From Malacoraja senta (taxonomy: Eukaryota): DNA of 64,000 nucleotides. Of the stretch, positions 1-13,141 are shown piece after piece (positions within the stretch are counted from its first letter, which is position 1; every line of letters starts with the position of its first letter). The notes beneath the pieces were generated by a model. The model was not told where the DNA came from. It saw nothing but the letters and a program-made list of their open reading frames with translations, and did no database searches. A program made the translations under genes and the position numbers. The stretch is from assembly GCA_038087875.1 (NCBI GenBank), contig CM075997.1, forward strand, positions 2,482,001 to 2,546,000. Direction: 5' to 3'.

Positions 1-225
1 GGTATCGCTGTCTCGTTGTAGGACAATGATCCTTCTTTTATTCTGGATTTTAATTCATGTATTATATATTTTTTAAATATATAATTTATGATGCTTTTAT
101 AAGTGATATACTAAGATTTTATATGTACTTTATGATATTTTTTTAATATACAATGTATTTTTATGTAATATTGCCCCTTGTCTGGACCTTGAGTCCGAAA
201 TAAAGTTTATTATTATTATTATTAA
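1..225 (+). repeat. Unclassified retroposon-like 3' end (second copy at ~35893-36205)
   Basis: Two similar copies ending in AATAAA; this copy has an (ATT)n tail. Confidence 0.65.
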
Positions 226-244
226 TTCAACAATGATCACCTAC

Positions 245-328
245 CTCATCTGTGATCTGGTCAGCACACCGCTGCATTTCATCCTGCTCGGACCTGGGGT
301 CCATATTGTTTTCCAGGTTATTCTCCAT
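245..328 (-). CDS. snap25: First coding exon of SNAP-25 (synaptosomal-associated protein 25); gene continues beyond the left edge
   Basis: Minus-strand translation MENNLENNMDPRSEQDEMQRCADQITDE resembles the SNAP-25 N-terminus (mammalian ...EEMQRRADQLADE; Torpedo form recalled as MENSVENSMDPRSEQEEMQRCADQITDE). It ends at a phase-0 donor GAG|GTAGGT, the same DE|SLES junction as in mammals. ATG context is gcatcATGG. Not in the ORF track because it is short. Confidence 0.93.
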
Positions 329-398
329 GATGCTGCCTTGTTTCTGACCGTCAGGTGTCTACAGATGGTGGGCTTCAGCAGGTTCCGCCGGATAGTGA
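329..398 (-). other. snap25: 5' UTR part of snap25 exon 2
   Basis: Acceptor ccattttgtgtttcAG|tcact with AG at 400-399, 70 nt upstream of the ATG. Confidence 0.7.
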
Positions 399-789
399 CT
401 GAAACACAAAATGGAGGACGCTTTCGGTTATTGACCATGTTTTGAACCTGACAATCGGTGCCCAGAGGAAGAACTGGGAAGTCCACAAACAATGATGACG
501 TTACTACTTTTTTTTCTGGAGGTGAAAGCGACAAGTCTCACAAACTGGTTTACAAGACTGTGTTCTCCAGGTATTCTACAGCAAACTGACCTCCCTACCT
601 ACAATCAGTCTGACGAAGCGTCCCGACCTGAAATGTCACTTGTCCATGTTCTCCAGAACTGCCGCCTGATCCATCGAGTTACTATAGCGCCTTGTGTCAT
701 AAGTTCATATCATAAGTGATAGGAGCAGAATTAGGCCATTTGGCCCTTCAAGTCTACTCCTCCATTCAATCATTTCAACGACATTTCTA

Positions 790-1445
790 GGTCCCTACCT
801 GGTTGGTGAGGCAGCTTTTTCTCCGGGCTGCCCCGTCGACCTGTCCTCGTGGCCTACCAGCAGGCCTGGAGCACCGTTTCCTGGCGGCAACCGCCCTGCC
901 ACTCGGCTTCGGTGGCGGCACAGCGCTGGAGCGCTGTCGCGGAGCGTAGCGGGCGATGCTTTGCCTGGATCGCCGCGCTGGATCGACGCGCTGGAGCTCC
1001 GGTAAGCTGTGACCGCCAAGGTCAACACCTCCGGGCTGCGGGACTGCGGAGAGGATCGGGCGGCGCCGACTTTAACATCGGGAGCCTTGGAGCTCCAAAC
1101 CGGCACGGCCTTGTCGGCTTCGGTAGCTGCGGCCTCCAGTGAGGGATGCGGCCGTTCCAGGTGGCCCAGCCGCTACAGGACTCTCCCGACGCCGGGGCAA
1201 CATCACCCGGTGAGAACGTCCAGGAACATCGGGCCTCCGTAGAGGCAATAGCGGAGGCCTCAATAGGCCTGACTTTGGTGAACTGGGGTTGGGGACTGGA
1301 CATTGTGCCTTCCCCCACAGTGGTAACCATGTGGGGGGATGATTTTTGTATGTTGTGTCTATGTTAGTCTGTGTCCAAGATGGCGGTCGGAGGGGAGAGT
1401 GGACGCTGGCACGGTTTAGCTGCCGCTGCTCTCTCCTCCTTCTGT
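790..1445 (+). repeat. Unclassified CpG-rich interspersed repeat (relative at ~9282-10030)
   Basis: Shared blocks GACTTTAACATC, GGACTGGAC..TGTGCCTTCC..CACAGTGG and CCAAGATGGCG. Confidence 0.6.
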
Positions 1446-1759
1446 GGCAATGGATTCCACCCTTTGTGTAAACCAGCATCTGCAGTGCCTTGTTTCTGGA
1501 TTTGACCTCCTTTCAACACAGCAAAGGCATGCATTTATCATCCTTGAATCTTTTGCTCATCACAACGCCAAAATATGGCAACTGTGCATCTGTGGGTTGT
1601 CCAACAGAATCTCACTGTCATGTGCATATATGACAACAAAGAACCATTGAACCTTGTCATTTTTTAATGTCCATCTGACTAGACATATATTGCTTCAGTT
1701 TAATAGTCTCGTTGTCTATCAATCATACTCTACAGTCATCTCCATACATCTATTGCTAG

Positions 1760-2269
1760 ATTCTTGCTATTGAGGGAGTGCAGCGTAGGTTTACAAGGTT
1801 AATTCCCGGGATGGCGGGACTGTCATATGCTGAGAGAATGGAGCAGCTGGGCTTGTGTACTCTGGAGTTTAGAAGGATGAAAGGGCATCTCATTGAAACA
1901 TATAAGATTGTTAAGGGTTTAGACATGCTAGAGGCTGGAAACATGTTCCCGATGTTGGGGGAGTCCAGAACCAGGGGTCACAGTTTAAGAATAAGGAGTA
2001 AGCCATTTAGAACAGAGACGAGGAAACACTTTATCTCATAGAGAGTGGTGAGTCTGTGGAATTCTCTGCCTCAGAGGGCGGTGGAGGCCGGTTCTCTGGA
2101 TACTTTCAAGAAGCTAGATAGGGCTCTTAAAAATAGCGGAGTCAGGGGATATGGGGAGAAGGCAGAAACGGGGTACTGATTGGGGATGATCAGCCATGAT
2201 CACATTGAATGGCGGTGCTGGCTTGAAGGGCCGAATGGCCTACGCCTGCACCTATTGTCTATTGTCTAT
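1760..2269 (+). mobile_element. CR1-clade (HER1-like) LINE 3' fragment
   Basis: EGVQRRFTRLIPGM...RTRGHSLRI, (CTATTGT)n tail. Confidence 0.9.
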
Positions 2270-2399
2270 GAGTTCCCCCCTTGAGTCTGGGGAGCTTCTG
2301 CCTAGGGATATTCTTATATAGCGCTGGGCAACATCCAGATAGTAAACATGAGTCCTGGCTTAATTCAGAGCCTGTTCAGTGCTCAGTTAGTTGGAGGTT

Positions 2400-2510
2400 G
2401 GAGGCCCACTCCAGTGGTTTGGCCACAACTGTTCCAGTGCAGTACTGAAGCAGTGCTGCACTGGCAGAGATGCTGCTGCTGTCTTTCCACATGACATTAA
2501 ACCAAACTGG
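2400..2510 (+). mobile_element. Old DeuSINE-like relic (minus-strand relative at ~39860-40140)
   Basis: CAGTGCAGTACTGA.GCAGTGCTGCACTG...GTCTTTC...TTAAACC resembles the recalled Deu domain. Confidence 0.55.
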
Positions 2511-3008
2511 ATGAATTTTTGTGGTGGTAGGAAGGAACTTTAAACCCAGTGGGTCAGTCAGGCAGCTTCTCTGGAGAAAAGGAGTAGGTGACGTTTCGGG
2601 TCGAGACCCTGCTTCAGACATTTCAATTCACAGATTATTTTTTGCTGTTCCAGTCCATATCCGGTGCATCTGATAAATAAACAATCTTGACTCTTGACCC
2701 CCCTCTCGGATTCTCAAATGCTTTGAAAAGACCTTATTGGTACATTAAAAAGCAAAGATCTCCACGGAAACGGCCTGTGCTTTCAGCATGCTCTCTTTGA
2801 CTGCAGTGGCCTGGTCAATATTCATCGCAGGGAGGCACGGACTGGCCTTTATCACTTAGTTGCTTGTGTGGAAACCTACTGTGTGCAGATTGACACCCGC
2901 GTTTACTAACCACGCATCTATTGTACAGCCTTTTGCAGGGATGGCGAAGGACAACGTTATAAGTTGCTTCTCGGTGCTGAGGGGGAAAGCGGTGACCTTG
3001 AGTGAGTT

Positions 3009-3226
3009 CAAGAAGGAACTGCAGATGCTGGAAAATCGAAGGTAGACAAAAAATGCTGGAGAAACTCAGCGGGTGCAGCAGCATCTATGGAGCGAAGGAA
3101 ATAGGTAACGTTTCGGGCCGAAACCCGGAAGGGTTTCGGCCCGAAACGTTGCCTATTTCCTCCAGTCTGAAGAAGGGTTTCGGCCCGAAACGTTGCCAAT
3201 TTCCTTCGCTCCATAGATGCTGCTGC
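3009..3226. mobile_element. Penelope pseudo-LTR-derived inverted/tandem insert (representative of dozens in the window)
   Basis: 14-bp flanking duplication ACCTTGAGTGAGTT (2995-3008 / 3227-3240); sequence matches the end of 13142-13512. Confidence 0.8.
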
Positions 3227-4627
3227 ACCTTGAGTGAGTTAACAGTCTGGAGAGGGGGAATGGGGACAGGGACTGGAATAAACCATAGGCGATGGCCTGC
3301 GGCACCAGCATTTTGCCTCCAGCCAGTGCAAGGCTGAGCTCAGCTCAGACCCAAGAAATGGGTGCTGTGCTGAGATCCCTGGCATCCGAGGAGCCGAAAC
3401 CTGCTGTTAGCCGGAGCAATGCAAGGACAATTTGACGGGTTAATAGGATTTGAGGGCTGACCGCGTTTATTTTTCAGTCGAAGGTACACAAAAATGCTGG
3501 AGAAACCCAGCGGGTGCAGCAGCATCTATGGAGCGAAGGAAATAGGTAACGTTTCGGGCCGAAACCCTTCTTCAGACCCCGGGCTCGTATACACTGAGGC
3601 ATGGCAAAGGGCTTTAACTGGGGACCGCAAATGAAAAGAGCAGAGGGGATGCCTGCTGTTTCGCCGCATTATTTTCTTTTGTAATTCATCCCCCCACTCC
3701 CTCCCTCCCTCCCTGCCTCCCTCAACCCTCCCACCCCCCCCTCAACCCTCCCACCCCGATTCTGAGTGGCAGAAGACAACCCCCGCCCAGGCCCATCTCA
3801 CCAGCGCACTGCACCACCCACTCCATCTGAGAAAACCCTGCAGAAGCTTTTTTTTTGCGCTGCTGCAGTTTGTGTGGGACAAGTTTCTGCGTCGGCAGAA
3901 CCCGCAAGGAGGAAGGGGGGGGGGGGGGGAGGCAGCTCTCGAAAGACCAAGGACTGCGAGCAGAGATTTGTACTGTGGCACAAATATTAAACAAATAATT
4001 AAACAACTTCTCAAACGACTGGAGCATCTGAGACATTGCAACACACCGTTTAAACAGGTGACAGCAATCTCGCCCATTCAAACTGGACGAGTTGCTATTT
4101 TGCTAAAGAGGGAGTGGATCCAGAATAAAGGGGAATAGTGGTGGTGAAGCAGATTGCCGCACTGCCCAGCGCGCTGTATTCAGAATAAGCCGGATCTGTA
4201 CTCACTGGTCGGCTCCCTCGCCAGCTGCTGATGCTCCTACTGTGTTATTCCTCCACACCGCTGGTTCGATGGAGACTGGGGGCTGACATTTGGAAACTCC
4301 TCTTCCCTGACATCACAAACTCCTCCCCCCGGTGTGATCACATAGGCGAGGGTGGGAGGCAGCCCCCTCGTTTCATGGGAAGACTGGCCAAGGAACTTGA
4401 CGAGGTCAGCAAAATAAAAAGGGGGAGGTGGGTTTATGTCTGGCCCTTTAACCAGCCGTCAGACAACACGCCACCGAGGGAAAAACTCAGCAGATCCATG
4501 AAATATACGGTCAGTCTGAAGAAGGGTTTCGGCCCGAAACGTTACCTATTTCCTTCGCTCCATAGATGCTGCTGCACCCGCTGAGTTTCTCCAGCATTTT
4601 TGTGTACCATGAAATATACAGACTTGA

Positions 4628-4845
4628 TGTGGAATTCTCTGCCTCAGAGGGCGGTGGAGGCAGGTTCTCTGGATACTTTCAAGAGGGAGCTAGACAGGGC
4701 TCTTAAAATAGCGGAGTCAGGGGATATGGGGAGAAGGCAGGAACGGGGTACTGATTGGGGATGATCAGCCATGATCACAGTGAATGGCGGTGCTGGCTCG
4801 AAGGGCCGAATGGCCTACTCCTGCACCTATTGTCTATTGTCTATT
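4628..4845 (+). mobile_element. CR1/HER1-like LINE 3' end
   Basis: Near-identical to 2056-2269. Confidence 0.85.
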
Positions 4846-6111
4846 ATGCCTTCCCCGGTTATATCACACTCAGGAGCAGCAGAGAAGGCAGCAGCTAGTC
4901 AAACTAAAATGCAACAACATTCTGGCATTCTTCAGAAAAGATCAGCTCAAATTGTAGACAAAAAAATGCTGGAGAATCTCAGCGGGTGAGGCAGCATCTA
5001 TGGAGCGAAGGAAATAATCTGAAGAAGAGTCTCGACCCGAAACGTTGCCTATTTCCTTCGCTCCATAGATGCTGCCTCACCCGCTGAGTTTCTCCAGCAT
5101 TTTTGTCTACCTTCGATTTTCCAGCATCTCCTTAAACCTTTCATATCTCTAGTTTCCCTCTTTCCTGACTCTGTCTGAAGGAGGGTCTCGACCCAAAACG
5201 TCACCCATTCCTTCTCTCCAGAGATGCTGCCTGTCCCGCTGAGTTACTCCAGCGTTTTGTGTCTATCTTCGATGTAAACCAGCACCTGCAGTTCCTTCCT
5301 GCACATCATGTTATTTCCCTTTTGTTTGCGGGAACACGCTGGTTTCTGCATTTTCCGCACTACCGCAGCAACTACTTATTTGAAAGCACCCCACTGGCAA
5401 TAAACGGAGGTCATTTAAAGTACGCCATAAACATGTCTTTTTCTTTCCAAAGCTTTTCAATTGAGTTTACATACTGGAGTTCACCTGCAGCCAACAGAAG
5501 ACTGCTATCTGTTAACCTTTTGTCAGTATGAACATTGAGCATTCAGGAACAATTTCAGACACAGGTGTCACATACATACAGTGCAGACTACCTGTAGCAA
5601 ATTAGACTGACACAATTTCACACCTGCATTACACTTTATGAATGAAATATGCTCGGTGCTCTGAAGCAATCTCACATTTTCTGAATTGTTGATAGATTTT
5701 CCTTTCCCTTTTCACACCTGTCTAATACGAGCGCGTTTTAACCTGTTCAGTGCCATTCCTAAGTCAAGTCAAGTCAAGTCAATTTTATTTCTATAGCACA
5801 TTTAAAAACAACTCTCGTTGACCAAAGTGCTTTACATCAGTGTAGGTACTAACTTGCTACAAACAATAGTACATAGATCTAACAATACATACATAGATAT
5901 ATACATAGGACCTCAGAGGACCTCAAGAAACGCTTGTGAGTAGTATACTTGGGTCATAGCCAATAATGTTTTAAAAAACTTGGCAGTGAACAGGTTAAAG
6001 TAGGATTCTACAAGCCGTTGGGTGGACCCTTGCTCACAAAAAAATGCGCTCATCTGGTAACATCACAAGCCCAGCGCAGACGACTGTGTAATTTTCCTTC
6101 TCGATTCCCTA

Positions 6112-6534
6112 GGGTGGCACGGTGGCGCAGCGATAGAGTTACAGCGACAGAGACCTGGGTTCGATCCTGACCATGGGTAGTTTCTGTAGGGAGTTTGTAC
6201 ATTCTCCCCGTGACCGCGTGGGTTTTCTCAGAGATCTTCGGTTTCCTCCCACACTCCAAAGACCTACAGGTGTGTAGGTTAATTGGCTTCCCTAGTGTGT
6301 TGGACAGTGCTAGTCATAGAGTGATGCAGTGTGGAAACAGGCCCTTCGGCCCAACTTGCCCACACCGGCCAACATATCCCAGCTACCACCTGCCTGTGCT
6401 TGGTCCATATCCCTCTAGACTTGTCCTATCCATGCACCTGTCCAACTGTTTCTTAAAAGTGTACAGGGATCGCTGGTCGGCGCGGACTCGGTGAGCCAAA
6501 GGGCCTGTTTCCGCGCTGTATTTCTAAACTAAAC
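6112..6534 (+). mobile_element. tRNA-derived V-SINE (HE1-like), with an internal insert; second partial copy at 6537-6782
   Basis: A/B boxes (GGTGGCGCAGC; GGTTCGATCC), V-domain GGAGTTTGTACATTCTCCCCGTG, (TAAAC)n tail. Confidence 0.85.
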
Positions 6535-7215
6535 CTTGGGTGCTGTCTGGGTGGAGTTTGCACGTTCTCATTTTGACCACGGGTTTCTTCCAGGCATTCC
6601 AGTTTCCTCCTGCGTCCGAAGCTTTGTTATGTTAACTGGACTCTGTAAATTTCCCTTAATGTGTAGGGAGTGGATGAGAAAGTGGAATAATATAGAGGGT
6701 AGTGTGAAAGGGTGATCGATGGCCGGAGTGGACTCAGTGGGCCAAAGGGCTTGTTTCCATGATGCATATCTAAACTAAACTATAAAAGCCATAGTACATG
6801 ACCAAGTTCCAATCTCTGGTTTGCTACAATGCTTACAGAGGCTGTCTGACTATAGAGAACCGCAATGTAAGAAACCTGCTTTGCACTATACAAGATATTT
6901 GAGCAAGAGACAGATATTGAGAGAAACTGTTTTTCAGTCATTTTGATCATGAGCTGGAAGGCCCCACTGCAGTTAATAACTTAGAGACAGTTCTGTTCTG
7001 GCTTAAGTTTAATGGTCGAGTCGAGGTGATTGTCGCACGCCCAAGTACAGTGAGGTAGAGGTACAATAAAAATCTTGCTTGCAACAGCACTGCAGCATCT
7101 AGAGTCAGACAACACAAACTATACATACATCACACTATAATAGGGCCGGTAGAGTTGCTGCCTCACAGCATCAGAGACCCCTGGATCAATCTTGACTGCG
7201 GGTGCTGTCTGTATG

Positions 7216-7782
7216 GAGACCACACCTGGAGTATTGTGTGCAGTTTTGGTCCCCTAATTTGAGGAAGGACATTCTTGTTATTGAGGGAGTGCAGCGTAGG
7301 TTTACAAGATTAATTCCCGGGATGGCGGGACTGTCATATGCTGAGAGAATGGAGCGGCTGGGCTTGTATACTCTGGAGTTTAGAAGGATGAGAGGGAATC
7401 TTATTGAAACGTATAAGATTGTTAAGGGTTTGGACACGCTAGAGGCAGGAAACATGTTCCCGATGTTGGGGGAGTCCAGAACCAGAGGCCACAGTTTAAG
7501 AATAAGGGGTAAGCCATTTAGAACAGAGACAAGGAAACACTTTTTCTCACAGAGAGTTGTGAGTCTGTGGAATTCTCTGCCTCAGAGGGCGGTGGAGGAC
7601 GGTTCTCTGGATACTTTCAACAGAGAGCTAGATAGGGCTCTTAAAGATAGCGGAGTCTGGGGATATGGGGAGAAGGCAGGAACGGGGTACTGATTGGGGA
7701 TGATCAGCCATGATCACATTGAATGGCGGTGCTGGCTCAAAGGGCCGAATGGCCTACTCCTGCACCTATTGTCTATTGTCTA
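7216..7782 (+). mobile_element. CR1/HER1-like LINE 3' fragment nested in a V-SINE (7143-8001)
   Basis: RPHLEYCVQFWSP...FFSQRVVSLWNSLP; SINE halves on both sides. Confidence 0.92.
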
Positions 7783-8747
7783 CACGTTCTCCCTGTGACC
7801 GCATGTGTTTTCTCCGGATGCTCCTTTTTCCTCCCACATTCCAAAGACGTGCAAGTTTGTAGGTTAATTGGCTTCTGTAACTTGCCGCCAAGGTGTATGA
7901 AGTAGACGAGGAAGTGGGATAAGATGGAACGAATGCACGGGTGATCCATTGCCGGCACAGAATCGGTTTCCTGTTTCCACGCTGTATCTCTAAACCAAAC
8001 TATAAAAGACGGTGTAATGAAAAAAACCTGTGTAACGTATTAGACACAGACAAATGTGCACCTCACTTTGTTTGAAATGTACTGTGCTGGGATGCAGCAG
8101 TGGGATTTCAGAGTAAACCTTGGAGAGCGGGTTCTTATATTAAGCCTTAATCTTGTTTCTTAATGTCCAAATCAAACAGGCATGGGTATTGAAGCAGTAT
8201 AAGACCTTGCCTGTGAGGTTCGTGAGGCATTTGGCACTGAAGTTCACCCATCCTCCACAGCAGTGGGGAAAGGGCTCTATTAACACTAATGGGACCATAA
8301 AAATGGGAGAAGGTTTCATCCCCAGAACTAATATCTCTTCTTTAATGAACAACGAAACCACGGCCATGCACGTTCTCATTACACAGTGAAATCTTGTGCT
8401 CATTAGCTTGATAGATGCCAGCAATGGGGATGAAACACTGTACCATTGATACACCTGGTGTCAGCATTAGGCATTCACAGGCCAGATGTAACATGACTAA
8501 ATCAAGCTCACTCCAACAATAAACCACACCAGCAATGCCAGAAAAACATTTTCCACGCTGTTACTCTACTGTTTGCCATTCACTAACAATCATTCAAGCT
8601 CTATAAGTGAGCTAATTAGCAACAGCAAACAGCAGACGCAAGGAACTGCACATGCTTGCTTACAAAACAAAAACAAAGTGCTGGAATAACAACGGGTGAG
8701 GCAGGATAATAGGAGAACGTGAGTTGAGACCCTTCTTCAGATCTCAA

Positions 8748-9073
8748 GTTTAGTTTAGTTTAGAGATGTAGCATGGAAACACACCGAGTCCGCAACGACC
8801 AGCGATCCCCGCATACCACCACTATCCTATACACACTAGGGACAATTTACAATTATACCAAGCCAATTAGCCTACAAACCTGTACGTCTTTGGAGTGTGG
8901 GTGGAAACCGGAAATCCCGGAGAAAACTCACGTGTGGGTGGAAACCGGAAATCCCGGAGAAAACTCACACAGGACATGGGGAGAACGTACAAACTCCGTA
9001 CAGACAGCACCCGTAGTCAGGATTGATCCCGGGTCTCTGGCGCTGTGAGGCAGCAACTCTACCGCAATGCCAC
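8748..9073 (-). mobile_element. HE1-like V-SINE
   Basis: Reverse complement of the same consensus. Confidence 0.82.
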
Positions 9074-10510
9074 TCTTCTTCTTATCGAGGTCCACACACA
9101 AGATTAGAAGTTGCTCTGCCAGAGCTGAACACACTTCTCGGCATCTGCATACAATGGTGTCTGTCTCGCGCTTCTTGTGCGTGGTGGTGGAAAGATTCGT
9201 GGACACAGGGCCGCGACGAGAGCGCTATTTCCTTGACCCCAACGCTACTCTGCCAATGCATTGCAATAGTCCAATAGGCCTACCAAGATGGCGCCCGCAC
9301 GGCGGCCTCGCCAGCAGCTTGTGTGTTTCTTTCGGATTTATATGTCTAAATGTATGTTCTAATGTCTCTCGGTATGTTTTATGTGGGTGGGGGGGGCGGG
9401 GGGGGAATAGGGAAACCGTTTCCAGTCACATACCTCAACGGAGATGCAACTTTTCTTCGTGTCGTATTTTTGCCTTCCTCGCGGCCTAACAACTGGATTG
9501 GTGCGGCCTTTCCAACCGGAGACCGGCCCAGAGCCCAGAGCTTTGGCAGCAGGCGCAGCGTGGACTTTAACGTCGCGGAGCTGTGATCCTTTGCCGAGGA
9601 TCGCTAGTGTTGGCGCTTCAACTGCGGGGGCTGTTGAAGCGCCAACAGCCCCCTGCTGACTTAAACACCGTGGAGCTTGGTCTGCGGTGCTCCTAGCCGC
9701 AGGCGCGGCGCGGACTTTAACATCACGGAGCTGCCTGAAGAAGTGCTCCGACCGTGGGGCCTGTGGACTTGGCATCATGAACCCGTGGTCTCTGGTAGGA
9801 AGCGGCCGATTCGGGAATTCCAAGCCACTGAGTGTTCCGATCTGTCCTGACGTCGGAGTCTCGATCATCCCGTCGAGAGGGCCTGTACATCGGGTCGTCT
9901 GTAGGGTCGACTGCGGAGGGTTCAGGGTGAACAGGAGGAAGATGGACTGGACTTTTGTGCCTTCCATCACAGTGGGAAGTGCTGGTCCCACTGTGGTGGA
10001 TGTTTTATGTTGAAATTTTATGTTGCGTTCTTTCTTTCTTGCTTGGAGTCAACTGCTCATCTGCCTAGCTTATTTATGAGTAAAACTGCATCATGATGAA
10101 TGGCCAACACAGCACCAGGGCTCCAGCCCCTGATTATACTACATCAACTCTCTGGTCAGAGCTAGCATGCTAGCTGGGGGACGGAAGAGAGTGGCAGGGC
10201 ATCATGAAGCAGATGGCACCACTCAACCCCGAGTTGGAGTGAACGCCATAGATAGATAGATAGTCCTATTGAGGTTAAAGAGGCACGGGTGAGGATTTGT
10301 GCAGCGACTCTGCTGTCGCAGATGTAGAAGCAGATGGCTTCAGTGATAGTGGGGATTTGGAGCCGTAAACTCATTCCAGAATTAAATAAGACAGCAAGGC
10401 TGTGAACAGCCACAGACACAGTCTAGGTTGGCAGACGGAGTCAGTGACTCCCGCATCCATACAATACTGATTATTCATTAACCATCCTGCAATCTCTCTA
10501 AAGGATGATG

Positions 10511-10830
10511 TGGGCGGAACGGTGGCACAGTGGTAGAGTTGCTGCCTCACAGCGCCAGTGAGCCGGGTTCGATCCTAATTACGGGTGCTGTCTTTACGGA
10601 GTTTGTCCGTTCTGCCTAAGACTGCATGAGCTTTCTCCTGGAGCTCCAGTTTCCTCCCACACTCCAAAGACGCACAGGTTTGTAGGTGAATTGGCTTCGG
10701 TAAAAATTGTAAATTGTAGCTAGTGTGTGGGACAGTGCTGGTGCATATAGTGCATATAGAGGTGATCGCTGGTCAGCGCGGACTCGGTGGGCCGAAAGGT
10801 CTGTTGCCGCGCTGTATCTCTAAAGTCTAA
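10511..10830 (+). mobile_element. HE1-like V-SINE, near full length
   Basis: tRNA head, V-domain and tail. Confidence 0.88.
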
Positions 10831-11988
10831 ATTGATGCTAACCACACTATTCGCAAAGTTATACTGCTGTCCACTGCCGACAGAAATGGCAAGGTGCAAA
10901 CTCAAGGTGCAAGCAACTGAGAGATCTAAATGTAGACCCTGAGATGAAAGGCCATTTGCTAACTCACTGTTTGAACAAAGAAAAAGTTGATGGTAACAGG
11001 AGAACTGGTGCTGTGATGTCTATGGAACCTGGGTTTAATTCCAGCTCCAACTGGGATAAGAGTCTCCTGCATCCACACCATCTGGGGCTTGCGTTAAACT
11101 AGTCCATCACTTCATCTTAGACTGTCCCTTCGACAACATGTTTATGATACGTGCTCTTGTGGGTTCAATATATTTGTAAAGTGAGGAACTCAGGCATTTT
11201 CACTCTCTTACTGAAATTAAGTGGAAGGAAGTCTATAGGTTTGTCCTGAGTATTGGTGATCTAGCCCTGACTATGGGAGGGGGAAATCAGCCAAGGTTCC
11301 TAGAGTAGAACACAATCTCTTTCCAGAAAACCACTGAACAAATATCTTCAAATGAAAAAAAGGACACAAAGTGCTCAGTGGGTCAGGCAGCTTCTCTGGA
11401 AAACATGGATAGGTGAAGGATAGTCCGAAGAAGAATCGTCTGAAGAAGGGTCCCGACCCGAAACATCGCCATCCTGTCTCTCCAGAGATGCTGCCTGACC
11501 AGCTGAGTTACTCCAGCACATTGTGTCTATCTTCGATATAAACCAGCATCTGCAGTTCCTTTCTACACATGGACAGATGACGTTTTGAGTCAGGAACCTT
11601 CTTCAGACCTCAAGTGAATTCTAAGTAAGGACCATGGGAACAGCAGAAGGCCATTCAGTCCCTATTCAAGTAGATTGTAGTCACCAATATCTTAACTTAA
11701 ATTTCCTACCTCATTCAGCTCAATAATGTCTTCACCCAACATAAACATTTCAAATATAATATTCAAACAATTGACTCCCTTCGGGTACTTCAGTTTCCAC
11801 AATGGTGGTATGTCTTCTTCAGCGGACCTGAGCTGCAGGAAGGTTTTGTAGAAGCCAGCAGATCATGTTCATAAGTTATAGGAGCAAAATTAGGCCATTC
11901 GGCCCATCAAGTCTGCACCACCATTCAATCATGGCTGATCTATCTTTCCCTCCTAACCCCATTCTCCTGCCTTCTCCCCATGACATGA

Positions 11989-12298
11989 TGTTTAGTTTAG
12001 TTTAGTTTAGAGATACAGTGCGGAAACAGGCCCTTCGGCCCACCGAGTCCCCACACATTAACACAATCCTACACACACTAGGGACAATTTACACATACAC
12101 CAAACCAATTAACCAACATACCTGCACGTCTTTGGAGTGTGGGAGGAAACCGAAGATCTCGGAGCAAACCCACGCGGTCACGGGGGAGAACGTACAAACT
12201 CCGTACAGACAGCACCCGTAGTCGGGATCGAACCTGGGTCTCCAGCGCTGCAAGTGCTGTAAGGCAGCAACTCTACTGTTGCGTCACCAGGGCGACCC
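11989..12298 (-). mobile_element. HE1-like V-SINE
   Basis: Same consensus. Confidence 0.82.
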
Positions 12299-13141
12299 AA
12301 AGGGCAGGAGTGTTACAGTCATGGGAGTGGAAAAGGCAAAGGGCTTTGTGGCACCTTTAGAATGCCCAGTCAAGGTGCCCCAATGTTCCAGTTGTTAGAG
12401 GACAGAGCACATAGCGCAAGTGGTAAAAGATGGTAAAATCTAATAGAGATGGTAGCCCTCCAAAGACAGAAAGGCAGGTCGATGGCACCGGATGTGCTTG
12501 GAAACGCACGACACAGAGAGTGGAGACAGAGAGTGAACAATAGATATGGGAATACTGAGCAGTATTTACAGCATATCTGCAGATGTCAATAAAGGAGAGA
12601 TTTATGTCTGTACGATGATTGAGGAAGTGACTCAAAATATGCAACAGACAATATTGGAACTTCATATTTCACATTTTCTTTTGACATAGAGTGAATGCTG
12701 CCTGCCAGTGCATTCCAATCAATTCCATTTCACCACTAATTTCCCATTCATTTGTTCCCTTTAATATGCCTATCAACTCTCACGGAGTCATGCAGTATGG
12801 TAAAAGGCCCTTCGTCCCAACCCGAACATGTCCAACCTTGTCACTCTTCAAGTCACAGCTCGACAACTTGGACATGGATCACCTGACCAAACTTGCCCAC
12901 ATAAAAATCTAAATAACCCTTTTACCCATGCGAGCGAAACCTGCACGAGATAGCCCAGCTGTTGGCGGTTGTGCAGTAGCAAGCAGAAGAGCAGAAGAAG
13001 ATCAGATTCAGATTCAGATTCAACTTTATTGTCATTGTGCAGTGTACAGTACAGAGACAACGAAATGCAGTTAGCATCTCCCTAGAAGAGCGACATAAAT
13101 ATGAGCAATAAATAAATCTATTTACGTGCATACAGTCAACT

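Noticed and set aside
241..534. 97-aa ORF overlapping the snap25 exon
   Set aside because: Wrong frame; the SNAP-25 peptide is in another frame bounded by splice signals.
2962..2982. RE1 half-site TCAGCACC on the minus strand (similar at ~54810)
   Set aside because: Right half-site does not match.
9359..9991. 210-aa ORF and overlapping ORFs
   Set aside because: Expected in GC-rich repeat DNA; no domain motifs.
10511..10580. tRNA genes at A/B-box sequences
   Set aside because: They continue into V-SINE bodies, so they are SINE heads.
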